44,958 nt of DNA from assembly GCA_040902855.1 (NCBI GenBank), contig JBBDWN010000025.1, positions 1 through 44,958 of the forward strand, read 5' to 3'. Shown here one piece after another: positions 27,614-36,858 of the stretch; position 1 is the stretch's first letter; the number at the start of each line of letters is the position of its first letter. A program made the position numbers and the translations under genes. The DNA comes from Acidimicrobiia bacterium. Lineage in GTDB: Bacteria > Actinomycetota > Acidimicrobiia > Spongiisociales > ZC4RG35. The notes beneath the pieces are model-generated. The model worked only from the letters and a program-made list of their open reading frames with translations, ran no database searches and had not been told where the DNA came from.

Positions 27614-28945
27614 GTGGACCTGTTCAGCGCCGGTGCCGAGCAGCGACGGGCCGCCGTCGCCCCTCTCGCCGCTCGCATGCGACCGAGGACCATCGACGAG
27701 GTTGCGGGCCAGCCCGGACTCCTCGCCCAAGGTGCGGCCTTTCGACGGATCGTCGAGTCGGGCCGGCCGATCTCCATGTTGCTGTGGGGTCCGCCCGGCA
27801 CGGGAAAGACGACATTGGCGCGCCTGATCGCTCATCACGTGGACGCGGTGTTCGAGACTCTCTCTGCGACCAATGCCGGAGTGAAGGACGTGCGAGCCGT
27901 GCTTTCGGCTGCGCGCGAGCGGCTGGGATCCGATGAGCGTCGCACGGTGCTCTTTCTCGACGAGATCCACCGCTTCTCCAAGTCCCAGCAAGACGCCCTG
28001 CTCCCAGGGGTCGAGGACGGCACGGTGGTCCTCGTGGGCGCCACGACCGAGAATCCGTTCTTCGAGGTCAATTCTCCGCTGATGAGCCGGATGACGCTGT
28101 TTCGTACGGAACGGCTCGACGGCTCCGCCATCGCCGAACTGGTCGACCGGGCGCTCTCCGATTCCGAGCGGGGCCTCGGAGCGGACGGATTGACGATCAG
28201 CGAGGATGCCAGAACTGCACTCGCGACGCGGGCGGGTGGCGATGCCCGCCACGCCCTGACCGCACTCGAAGTCGCGGCGTCCCTGACGCTGGGGCGCGGA
28301 GCGGACGAGATCGACGTCGATGACGTGGCCGAAGCCCTGCAACGGCGGATCGTCCGATATGACAAGGACGGGGATGCGCATTTCGACGTCATCTCGGCGT
28401 TCATCAAGAGCGTGCGCGGTTCGGACGTGGACGCGTCCCTCTACTGGCTGCATCTGATGCTCGAAGGTGGCGAGGACCCCGAATTCATCGTCAGACGGCT
28501 GTTGGTCCTGGCGTCCGAGGACATCGGTCTGGGCGATCCGAACGCCTTGCTCCAAGCGGTCGCTGCCTCCCAGGCGCTGGCCTACGTCGGTTTGCCGGAG
28601 GCGGCATTCCACCTCACTCAGGCGACCATCTACCTCGCCATCGCCCCGAAATCGAACTCGATCGCCACCGCCATGGGCGCGACCCGGGCGCTTCTCGAGG
28701 ACGGTCCCACGCCCATCGTCCCGCCCCACCTGCGGGACGCCCACTATTCCGGGGCCGGGTCGATCGGGCACGGAGCCGGGTATGTCTACGCCCACGACGC
28801 TCCCCATCACATCGTCAACCAGGCGTACTTCCCCGACGAAGTCGAACCTGCGGTGCTCTTCCGACCGGGCGAGGAGGGCAGGGAGGCGGCGCTGGGCGAG
28901 CGTCTCCGATGGATCGACTCCCAACTCGGGAAACCATCGCGGTGA
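27614..28945 (+). CDS. rarA: Replication-associated recombination protein A (RarA/MgsA AAA+ ATPase)
   Basis: Walker A GPPGTGKTTLA, Walker B VLFLDEIHRFSK, GATTENP, and a C-terminal MgsA block (YDKDGDAHFDVISAFIKSVRGSD, PPHLRDAHY). Confidence 0.9.
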   Translation: MDLFSAGAEQRRAAVAPLAARMRPRTIDEVAGQPGLLAQGAAFRRIVESGRPISMLLWGPPGTGKTTLARLIAHHVDAVFETLSATNAGVKDVRAVLSAARERLGSDERRTVLFLDEIHRFSKSQQDALLPGVEDGTVVLVGATTENPFFEVNSPLMSRMTLFRTERLDGSAIAELVDRALSDSERGLGADGLTISEDARTALATRAGGDARHALTALEVAASLTLGRGADEIDVDDVAEALQRRIVRYDKDGDAHFDVISAFIKSVRGSDVDASLYWLHLMLEGGEDPEFIVRRLLVLASEDIGLGDPNALLQAVAASQALAYVGLPEAAFHLTQATIYLAIAPKSNSIATAMGATRALLEDGPTPIVPPHLRDAHYSGAGSIGHGAGYVYAHDAPHHIVNQAYFPDEVEPAVLFRPGEEGREAALGERLRWIDSQLGKPSR

Positions 28946-30054
28946 TCGCGCTTCCAGCCACAGTGAAGCGGACGCTCGACCTCTCCCGTGACCTCGCCGG
29001 TCTGGTCGGAGAAGTCGGCTCGCACCCGGTCATCGTCACCGACAGCCAGCTCGCAGCCGCTGGCGTCGCCGGAGCGGTCGAGTCATCTCTCGGCTGTGAG
29101 GTCATCACCGTCCCCCTTGGTGAACCGACATCGGAAACGGTCTCCGTGCTCGCCCATGCATTGAGCGAGAGCGGAGCGGACGTCGTCGTGGCCGTGGGCG
29201 GAGGAAGCGTGATCGACAGCGCAAAGCTGGCCGGCCGTCTCGTGGCGGATCCGAGTGGCCTCACACGCCGACTGCTGAGTGCGAACCCGTTTCCACCCGG
29301 CGCGGCAGTGGTGGCTCTCCCTACGACGTCAGGATCGGGCGCGGAGGTGACCCGCACGGCGATCGTGTTCCATGGCGGGCACAAGACATGGGCCTGGGAC
29401 GAACGCCTCCGGCCGGAGCTCGCGGTGCTCGCCCCCGAACTCACCGCCTCGACCCCAAGGTCGGTTGCGGTGGCTGCCGGGCTGGATGCCTTCGTTCATG
29501 CGGTGGAGGCCGCCACGGGACAGCGGGCGACAGCGGAGATCACCAGACTCGGCTTTACCGCCGCCGGTGTCCTCCGCGACAACCTGCCGAACGCGATCGC
29601 TCATCCCGAGCGTGTCGACGCTCGCGTTCGGGTGATGGACGCCGCCACCGCGGCGGGTGTGGCCATCGATCAGTGCGGGACCGGAATTGGCCATGCGGTG
29701 GGTCACGCCCTCGCATCGATTGTCAGGATTCCGCACGGACTGGCGGTGATGTTGGGGTTCGCAGCGGGTCTCGAGTGGACGCTCGAAACGTCGGGTGACG
29801 CCTATCGGGGACTGGCGTCCGCCCTCGGCTCCGGCGTATCGGCCGACACTCTCCCGGCGGAGCTGGACATGCTTTTGGAAGGCGTCGGATTCTGGGCGGA
29901 GGTCGAGCGATACGCACCGCCCACGGCGGACCAGTTGGCCGACGAGATGGCATCGCCCGACCATCAGCCGATGTGCAAGAACAACGCCCGCGTCATCGGC
30001 AGCTCGGACCTCGCCGACATCGCCGAACTCGTCGTCGGGTTCTGGTCGCGATGA
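28942..30054 (+). CDS. Iron-containing (group III) alcohol dehydrogenase family oxidoreductase
   Basis: GGGSVIDSAK NAD motif and metal ligands in GLDAFVHAVEA and GIGHAVGHAL...PHG. The GTG at 28942 overlaps the rarA stop (GTGA); the ORF-track start at 28909 would overlap rarA by 37 nt. Confidence 0.8.
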   Translation: MIALPATVKRTLDLSRDLAGLVGEVGSHPVIVTDSQLAAAGVAGAVESSLGCEVITVPLGEPTSETVSVLAHALSESGADVVVAVGGGSVIDSAKLAGRLVADPSGLTRRLLSANPFPPGAAVVALPTTSGSGAEVTRTAIVFHGGHKTWAWDERLRPELAVLAPELTASTPRSVAVAAGLDAFVHAVEAATGQRATAEITRLGFTAAGVLRDNLPNAIAHPERVDARVRVMDAATAAGVAIDQCGTGIGHAVGHALASIVRIPHGLAVMLGFAAGLEWTLETSGDAYRGLASALGSGVSADTLPAELDMLLEGVGFWAEVERYAPPTADQLADEMASPDHQPMCKNNARVIGSSDLADIAELVVGFWSR

Positions 30055-31166
30055 TCGAATCGATCGTTGTCAGTCATCATCGGCTCGTCCTCGACCCTCC
30101 GTTCTTTGCGGCGTGGGATCCACAGCCCCGCCGGGCATTCCCCCTTGCAGTCGTGCGGGTCGTCGACGACTCCGGCGCGGAAGGCTTCGGGGTCGGAGAT
30201 CCCCTGCGTGGGCTCGCCGACTACGAGCACCTGTTCGTCGGTGCGGATCCGCTCGATCTGGATCGGCACTCGGTCGTGCTCGACAACATCGCCTTTCTCG
30301 ACGGTCGGCCGTGGCCGTTCGAGACGGCTCTCTGGGATCTCGCCGGAAAGCTGATGGATCGACCGATCTGGCAGATGGTCGGCGGCGCCACGAACACACT
30401 CGATCTGTACGCGTCCTTTGGGACCCACCGGGAAGCCTCTGGCACCGTCGAGCGAGCGCAGGCGGTGGTGGCGCGTGGCTTCCGGGCGATCAAGCTTCGA
30501 TTCGGACGCCGCGACATCACAGCTGATCTCGCGGTCCTCGATGCCGTGATGGCAGCGGTGGGTCCGCAGATCGCTGTCATGGTCGACTGCAACCATGGTT
30601 GGCGGATGCCGTGGGACACATCACCTGCCGTCACATTCGAGGCCATCCTTCCCCTCGCCCGTGAACTCTCGGACCGCAAGGTCCACTGGATGGAAGAGCC
30701 GCTGCATCGGGGAGATCACCAGGGGATGGCAAGGCTGCGCGGTGAAGTCGGCGTGAAGATCGCCGGCGGCGAGATGACTCGAGAGATGCACGAGTTCGAT
30801 CTGATGCTCGAAGCAGGATCGCTCGACGTGTATCAGCCCGATGCAGCCGTGACGGGAGGAATCGGAGGACTCCGACGGATTGCCGAAGCGGTCAGGGCGA
30901 AGGGACATGTGTTCAGCCCCCACACCTGGGGGAGCGGCGTCGCGCTCATGGCCAACGCGCATCTCACAGCGGGTACCGGCGGCACATCGTTCCTGGAATA
31001 CCCGATCGACCCGCCCGAATGGACCGAGGAGCGACGGGACTTCGTCCTCACGAAACCGATCGTCTGCGACGGTCGTCTCGTGCTCGGCGACCGACCAGGG
31101 CTCGGGGTGATCCTGGACGACGATCGGTGTGCGGCGACACTGGTCGACGTGGCCAGGTACACATGA
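30051..31166 (+). CDS. Enolase-superfamily enzyme (mandelate racemase/muconate lactonizing family; likely acid-sugar dehydratase)
   Basis: Metal ligands in MVDCNHGW, WMEEP and IAGGE, plus a YQPD / PHTWGS Asp-His dyad pattern. ATGA overlap with the ADH gene. Confidence 0.8.
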   Translation: MIESIVVSHHRLVLDPPFFAAWDPQPRRAFPLAVVRVVDDSGAEGFGVGDPLRGLADYEHLFVGADPLDLDRHSVVLDNIAFLDGRPWPFETALWDLAGKLMDRPIWQMVGGATNTLDLYASFGTHREASGTVERAQAVVARGFRAIKLRFGRRDITADLAVLDAVMAAVGPQIAVMVDCNHGWRMPWDTSPAVTFEAILPLARELSDRKVHWMEEPLHRGDHQGMARLRGEVGVKIAGGEMTREMHEFDLMLEAGSLDVYQPDAAVTGGIGGLRRIAEAVRAKGHVFSPHTWGSGVALMANAHLTAGTGGTSFLEYPIDPPEWTEERRDFVLTKPIVCDGRLVLGDRPGLGVILDDDRCAATLVDVARYT

Positions 31167-32428
31167 CGTCCCGCACCGTCACGGTCGTACTCGTCGCGGG
31201 GTTCGTCGTCGCATGTTCGACGGGGGAGAGCGCGCCGGCAACATCGGTCACGATCGCCACCCCGACGACGACTACGACGACGAGCGTGGTCGACACCACG
31301 ACGACGGTGACTATCACCACCAGCACCACGAGCCCGGAGACCACGACCACCACCGAGGCGTTGTCTCCCCTCCTCGGGCTCGCCATCGAACTGGTGACCG
31401 ATGCGCTGTCCCAGCCCGTTCTGCTCCTTTCGCCGGTGGATTCGGACCGCCGCTTCGTGGTCGAGCGGATCGGATCGGTATGGGAACTCGACGATGACGG
31501 AACTCCTCTGTCGGATCCGTATCTCGACCTGCGGGATCGGGTGAACCCGGGAGGAATCGAACAGGGGCTCCTCGGAATGGCGTTCCATCCCGACTTCGCA
31601 GACAACGGCCGCCTGTTCGCGTACTACTACCACGGAGAGGACACGACCCGACTCGTCGAATTCCAAGCCGATCCCGACGCCGGCCGGGTGGACGCTTCGG
31701 CCGAGCAGTTGATGATGACGTTCGCCCAGCCCACAGTGCGTCACAACGGAGGCATGCTCGAATTCGGTCCGGACGGGATGCTCTACCTGAGCCTTGGCGA
31801 AGGAGGAGCGGCGTCGACGCACTCACAGGACCCGAACACTCACCTCTCTTCGATACTGCGCCTCGACGTCGACAACGGCGATCCGTACTCCATCCCTGCC
31901 GACAACCCGTTCGTCGACGGGGGCGGAGCGCCGGAGGTGTGGGCCTACGGTCTTCGCAATCCTTGGCGGTTCGCCATCGACGCCCCGGTTGGCGACATCT
32001 ACATCGCCGACGTGGGTCATGAGCGATTCGAGGAGATCAACGTCGTCTCACTCGTCGAGTCAGGCTTGAACTTCGGTTGGATCCGGATGGAGGGGTCGGT
32101 GTGTTTCCAGCGCGGATGCGACGCCGCGGCCGAAGACCTGACCCTGCCCGTGCACGAGTACGGCCACGACGAGGGATGCTCAGTCACCGGGGGCAGGGTG
32201 TACCGGGGCGAGGCAATACCGGAACTGATCGGCACCTACGTCTACTCGGATTGGTGCGGCGGCTGGTTGCGGAGTTTCCGTTGGGACGGCACCTCCGCCA
32301 TCGACCATACCGAGTGGCTGACCGACATCGGCCAAGTCAACAGCTTCGGGGTGGACTCTTCCGGCGAGCTCTACGTCCTCACCTGGGAGGGCGAGGTCGG
32401 CAAGATCGTCCCGGTGCGCGACGAGTAA
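31163..32428 (+). CDS. PQQ-dependent (soluble glucose/sorbosone dehydrogenase-like) sugar dehydrogenase, predicted lipoprotein
   Basis: Signal peptide with lipobox VVAC (Cys18 at 31214-31216) and a Thr-rich linker. Beta-propeller motifs GLLGMAFHPDF, HNGGMLEFGPDGMLYLSLGEGG, NPWRFAID, GHERFEEIN, GGRVYRG. ATGA overlap with the upstream gene. Confidence 0.8.
   Translation: MTSRTVTVVLVAGFVVACSTGESAPATSVTIATPTTTTTTSVVDTTTTVTITTSTTSPETTTTTEALSPLLGLAIELVTDALSQPVLLLSPVDSDRRFVVERIGSVWELDDDGTPLSDPYLDLRDRVNPGGIEQGLLGMAFHPDFADNGRLFAYYYHGEDTTRLVEFQADPDAGRVDASAEQLMMTFAQPTVRHNGGMLEFGPDGMLYLSLGEGGAASTHSQDPNTHLSSILRLDVDNGDPYSIPADNPFVDGGGAPEVWAYGLRNPWRFAIDAPVGDIYIADVGHERFEEINVVSLVESGLNFGWIRMEGSVCFQRGCDAAAEDLTLPVHEYGHDEGCSVTGGRVYRGEAIPELIGTYVYSDWCGGWLRSFRWDGTSAIDHTEWLTDIGQVNSFGVDSSGELYVLTWEGEVGKIVPVRDE
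31238..31357 (+). repeat. Low-complexity ACG/ACC (Thr) codon tract encoding the Thr-rich linker of the lipoprotein
   Basis: Encodes TSVTIATPTTTTTTSVVDTTTTVTITTSTTSPETTTTTE. Read directly from the sequence. Confidence 0.8.
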
Positions 32429-32437
32429 TCTCGGAGC

Positions 32438-32626
32438 ATGCTCGACCGTCTCTCCTGGTTCGTGACAGGCCTCGTCACCGGGGGTGTGATCACCGTACGG
32501 GCACTTCGCCGACGGCCTCGGCCCCGTGACCTCAAGAGCGCCGCGCTTCAGACCTCCGCAGACATCCTCGATCTCGCCGCCCGGCTCGTCCAGCCTCCGC
32601 GTCGTCGGCTGATCCGAGTCCGCTGA
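32438..32626 (+). CDS. Hypothetical small membrane-anchored protein (62 aa)
   Basis: One N-terminal hydrophobic helix (LSWFVTGLVTGGVITV) followed by an Arg-rich segment. GC3 bias fits coding. No SD and no recognisable family. Confidence 0.35.
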   Translation: MLDRLSWFVTGLVTGGVITVRALRRRPRPRDLKSAALQTSADILDLAARLVQPPRRRLIRVR

Positions 32627-32680
32627 CCCCTGAAAAGCCTGCGGGCGGCCGCGACGAGGGCGTGTACCGTTGCCGGTCCA

Positions 32681-35293
32681 ATGGACTCGACTTCAATCCG
32701 ACGAACTTTTCTCGAATACTTCGCCGAACGCGGACACATCGTCCGGCCGTCGGCGTCGGTGATTCCGACCGATCCGACACTTCTCCTCGTCAACGCAGGC
32801 ATGGTTCCGTTCAAGCCCTACTTTCTGGGCGAAGAACCGGCTCCGTATCCGCGGGCGGTGTCGGTCCAGAAGTCGATCCGTACGATCGACATCGACATCA
32901 TCGGCACGACGGCCCGGCACATGTCGTTCTTCGAGATGATGGGCAACTTCTCATTCGGTGACTACTTCAAACCCGACGCCATGAAGTGGGCTCACAACCT
33001 CCTCACCGAAGGCTACGGACTCGACTCTGAGCGCCTTTGGTACACCGCCTACGAGCACGACGACGAGGCGGCAGAGCTCTGGCACACCCACGTCGGAATT
33101 CCGCGTGAGCGCATCCAGCGGGGAGGGAAGGACAACTTCTGGCAGATGGGCGTCCCGGGGCCGTGCGGGCCGTGTGCGGAGATCTTCTACGACCGGGGAC
33201 CGGAGCACGGGCCCGACGGCGGACCGATCGGCGGGGGAGAAGAGCGTTTCGTCGAAATCTGGAATCTCGTGTTCATGCAGAACATCCAGGACCGCCCTTA
33301 TCACGTCGTGGGCGATCTGCCGCGCAGGAACATCGACACCGGACTAGGCCTCGAACGACTGGCGATGATTCTCCAGGACGTTCCTTCCGGGTTCGACATC
33401 GACACGATGCGACCGGTTCGAGACGCGGCGGTGGCGTACACCGGTGTGGCCTACGGCGCCGACCCTGTGACTGACGTCTCGCTTCGGATCTTGTCCGATC
33501 ACGGACGGACGATGAGCGTCCTGATCGCCGACGGCGTCGTCCCCGCCAACGACGGACGTGGCTACGTTCTGCGACGCATCATCCGGCGGGCGGTACGTCA
33601 CGCCTGGCAGCTGGGAGGAGACGGGCTCGTGACGCCGAGGCTGGTCGAAGCGACCGTTGCCGCACTCGGCGACTGGTACACCGAGTTGGCGGATCGCCAG
33701 GACTTCATCGTCGACGTGGTGTCGCGAGAGGAGGACCGGTTCCGGCGCACGCTCGAGTCGGGACATCAACTTCTCGACTCCGAGTTGGAGGACACGGTTG
33801 GCGAGTTGTCAGGCTCTGTCGTCTTCAAGCTCCACGACACCTATGGATTTCCCATCGAACTGACGCGCGAGATCGCTTCCGAGCGGGGAACCTCAGTCGA
33901 CGAGGAGGGGTTCACCGCCGAGATGGAGGCACAGCGCCAGCGCGCCAAGAAGAATTGGAAGGGCGGCGACGCGGCTGCGCTTGGAGAGTTCTACCGCTCG
34001 GTGATGGAGGACGCCGGTCCGACCGATTTCCTCGGTTACGAACTCGATGCTGCGTCCGGCAGGATCCTCGCCCTCGTCGTCGACGGGGAACAAGTCGAGT
34101 CGGTCGACGCAGGACGCGAGGTCGAAGTATTCCTCGACAGGACTCCGTTCTATGCCGAGTCGGGGGGCCAGGTCGGTGACACTGGCTCGATCTCTACCGA
34201 GACCGGCACTGTGGACGTCTCTGATACCCAGCACGCAGTCCAGGGGTTTCACGGGCACCGGGGCATCGTCCGCACCGGGACGTTGCGGGTCGGCCAGGAG
34301 GCGGACCTGGTGATCGACAGCCCGCGGCGGGACCGGATTCGAAAGTCGCACACCGGTACCCACGTGTTGCACTGGGCACTGAGGGACGTGCTGGGTGACC
34401 ACGCGTCCCAGGCCGGTTCGCTTGTCGAGGCCGGACGCCTTCGCTTCGACTTCAGCCACTTCGCCGGCCTGAGCCGCGAGGAGACGAACGAGGTCGAGTC
34501 GCTGGCGACCCGCAAGCTGATCGCGAACCCGCACGTGCACACGGAAGTGACCACCCAGGACCGTGCCAAGGAAATGGGGGCATTGGCGTTCTTCGGCGAC
34601 AAGTACGGCGACACGGTGCGAGTCGTGAAGGTCGGTGAGTTCTCCGTCGAATTCTGCGGCGGCACGCACACGTCCGCCGCCGGCGAGGTCGGCCCGCTCG
34701 TCATCCTCTCTGAATCGTCGATCGGATCGAACATCCGACGGATCGAGGCCCTCACCGGCGAAGCGGCCTACGACCACCTCGTCGACGTGCGCGGACACCT
34801 CGATCAGGCCGGCTCACTTCTCCGCGCACCCGCATCCGAGGTGCCGGATCGCATTCGGGGGCTTCTCGACCGGGTGGACCGGCTCGAAGACGAAATGGAA
34901 GCGATACGTGGGCAACGGCGCAGCGAACTTGCATCGGAGCTCTGCGGCGAAGCTGTCCCGGTCGGCGAGAGCCGGTCTGTCGTCTCTTCCGTCGGGGAGT
35001 TGCCGCCGGATCAGCTTAGGCAGTTGGCGATCGGAGTCAGGGATCGGCTCGGATCAGGCGTGGTGGTTCTCGGGTCGACCTCGAATGGCAAGGGTGCGCT
35101 GGTCGCGGTCGTGACGGCCGATCTCGTCGAGACCGGCGTGTCCGCGTCTGACCTCCTGGCGCCGGCGGCGCGGGCGCTCGGCGGCGGAGGTTCGCGAGAT
35201 CCTGAACTCGCCCAGGCCGGTGGACCCCACGGGGATCAGCTGGCCCACGCGATCGACATTGCCCGCGACGAGGTCGGCCGGGCATTGGTGTGA
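32681..35293 (+). CDS. alaS: Alanine--tRNA ligase
   Basis: FFEMMGNFSFGDYFK, WNLVFMQ, editing-domain HTGTHVLH and CGGTH, and a C-terminal DHHA1-like domain. Confidence 0.95.
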   Translation: MDSTSIRRTFLEYFAERGHIVRPSASVIPTDPTLLLVNAGMVPFKPYFLGEEPAPYPRAVSVQKSIRTIDIDIIGTTARHMSFFEMMGNFSFGDYFKPDAMKWAHNLLTEGYGLDSERLWYTAYEHDDEAAELWHTHVGIPRERIQRGGKDNFWQMGVPGPCGPCAEIFYDRGPEHGPDGGPIGGGEERFVEIWNLVFMQNIQDRPYHVVGDLPRRNIDTGLGLERLAMILQDVPSGFDIDTMRPVRDAAVAYTGVAYGADPVTDVSLRILSDHGRTMSVLIADGVVPANDGRGYVLRRIIRRAVRHAWQLGGDGLVTPRLVEATVAALGDWYTELADRQDFIVDVVSREEDRFRRTLESGHQLLDSELEDTVGELSGSVVFKLHDTYGFPIELTREIASERGTSVDEEGFTAEMEAQRQRAKKNWKGGDAAALGEFYRSVMEDAGPTDFLGYELDAASGRILALVVDGEQVESVDAGREVEVFLDRTPFYAESGGQVGDTGSISTETGTVDVSDTQHAVQGFHGHRGIVRTGTLRVGQEADLVIDSPRRDRIRKSHTGTHVLHWALRDVLGDHASQAGSLVEAGRLRFDFSHFAGLSREETNEVESLATRKLIANPHVHTEVTTQDRAKEMGALAFFGDKYGDTVRVVKVGEFSVEFCGGTHTSAAGEVGPLVILSESSIGSNIRRIEALTGEAAYDHLVDVRGHLDQAGSLLRAPASEVPDRIRGLLDRVDRLEDEMEAIRGQRRSELASELCGEAVPVGESRSVVSSVGELPPDQLRQLAIGVRDRLGSGVVVLGSTSNGKGALVAVVTADLVETGVSASDLLAPAARALGGGGSRDPELAQAGGPHGDQLAHAIDIARDEVGRALV

Positions 35294-35718
35294 GAGAGGG
35301 TCGCGTGCTCGCTTTCGATCCGGGTACGACGCGGATCGGGGTGGCGGTGAGCGACCCGCTTCGTATCGTGGCCAGTCCTCTCACCGTGGTCTCGGTCGAG
35401 GACTTCGAGGATCGGATCCGAACGCTGATCTCCGAATACCAACCGGCCATTCTCGTGGTCGGTCTTCCCGTGAGCCTCTCCGGCAGAGAGAACGCAGCGG
35501 CCGTTCGAGCTCGGGCATTTGGCACCCGCTTGGCCGAGATCACCGGGCTGCCGGTGGAGTTCGTGGACGAGCGATTCACGACCGCCACAGCGGAGTCGGC
35601 GATGCTGGAGGGAGGGGTCAAACGGCGAGATAGGCGGAGCAATGTCGATAAAGTCGCGGCAGCCGTGATTCTTCGGCACTTCCTCGACCGCCCTCCGCAA
35701 TTCGACCGCGACCGATGA
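35290..35718 (+). CDS. ruvX: Holliday junction resolvase-like pre-16S rRNA nuclease RuvX/YqgF
   Basis: LAFDPGTTRIGVAVSD, VVGLPVSLSG and DERFTT motifs. GTGA overlap with alaS. Confidence 0.9.
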   Translation: MREGRVLAFDPGTTRIGVAVSDPLRIVASPLTVVSVEDFEDRIRTLISEYQPAILVVGLPVSLSGRENAAAVRARAFGTRLAEITGLPVEFVDERFTTATAESAMLEGGVKRRDRRSNVDKVAAAVILRHFLDRPPQFDRDR

Positions 35719-35725
35719 GAGAGAG

Positions 35726-36823
35726 ATGACCCAGCCGCCCATCCCGCCAGCGCCTCCGATGTGGCGCCTCGCGCGCCCCGTCCTGATCGTCGCTGTCGTC
35801 GTACTCGCCGGATATGGGTTGGTGTCCGTGGCATCGTCACTCGGCGCCCGGGTCGGCGACGGGATCACTGCGAGCGAGGACGAGGAGTTCGCAGAGATCG
35901 AACCCGGCCGCAGGGTCGAGGTCGTCATCCCGCCGGGCTCGAGCGCAGAGGCGATCGGGGAGATTCTTCGCGACGCCGGTCTCGTGCGGTCGGCTTCACA
36001 GTTCGAGACCGCTGTGCGGGCGGCGGGAGTCGACGCCATTCTCCAATCGGGAACCTACGAGCTCATCACCGGTTCGACGCTGCAGGAAATCATCGACGAG
36101 TTGCGCGCCGGCCCCAGGATCGTCGTGTTCGACGTGACGATCAGGGAGGGCCTGCGAGTCACCGAGATCATCGATGTATTGGCGGAGGCCTCGGGGCTCG
36201 ACCGGGCGGCTTTCGTCGCGGCGCTCCGATCCGGGCTTGTCGACACTGACCTCGTCGAACTGCCTGAGTCCCCGACTCTCGCTGATTGGGAGGGTCTGTT
36301 GTTTCCGGACACCTATCGCTTCAGCGAGGAGGCGACTCCGGCTGACATGCTCGGCAGGCTCGCAAACACGATGGAAGCGCGAATGGACGCCGTCGACTGG
36401 AGCGAACTGGAGGCCGCCGGCTTCACTCGCTACGAAGGGATCATCCTCGCTTCGCTCATCGAGAGCGAAGTGCGGGTGGCAGACGAACGCCCCATCGTCT
36501 CGTCGGTGTTGCGCAACCGTCTCGCCGATGGGGCCCGCCTCGACATCGATGCAACGGTGCTCTACGCCATGGATACTCGCGATCCTGCGGTCATCGACGT
36601 GGGATTCGAGTCCCCGTACAACACTCGCCTCGTTTCCGGCCTTCCACCAGGTCCGATCTCGGCGCCTGGACTATCGGCACTGAAGGCGGCTGCGAAGCCG
36701 GCCGATACCGAGTTTCGCTACTACGTCCTGGCAGACGAGGACGGTTCCCATGTGTTCGCGGTCACGCTCGAGGAGCACAACGCCAACGTGGCCGCGTCGC
36801 GAGAGGCCGGGGTCATCCCCTGA
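35726..36823 (+). CDS. mltG: Endolytic murein transglycosylase MltG (YceG-like)
   Basis: N-terminal TM and a YceG domain (GLRVTEI, EGLLFPDTY, ASLIESE, YNTRLVSGLPPGPISAPG). Confidence 0.85.
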   Translation: MTQPPIPPAPPMWRLARPVLIVAVVVLAGYGLVSVASSLGARVGDGITASEDEEFAEIEPGRRVEVVIPPGSSAEAIGEILRDAGLVRSASQFETAVRAAGVDAILQSGTYELITGSTLQEIIDELRAGPRIVVFDVTIREGLRVTEIIDVLAEASGLDRAAFVAALRSGLVDTDLVELPESPTLADWEGLLFPDTYRFSEEATPADMLGRLANTMEARMDAVDWSELEAAGFTRYEGIILASLIESEVRVADERPIVSSVLRNRLADGARLDIDATVLYAMDTRDPAVIDVGFESPYNTRLVSGLPPGPISAPGLSALKAAAKPADTEFRYYVLADEDGSHVFAVTLEEHNANVAASREAGVIP

Positions 36824-36858
36824 CCTTCGGCGAGCGCGGTGTCTAGCGTCGCTCGTGT

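Noticed and set aside
27551-28924. 457-aa minus-strand ORF antisense to rarA
   Set aside because: It is fully nested opposite a gene with clear Walker A/B and MgsA motifs. Low-complexity Arg/Gly/Asp-rich product.
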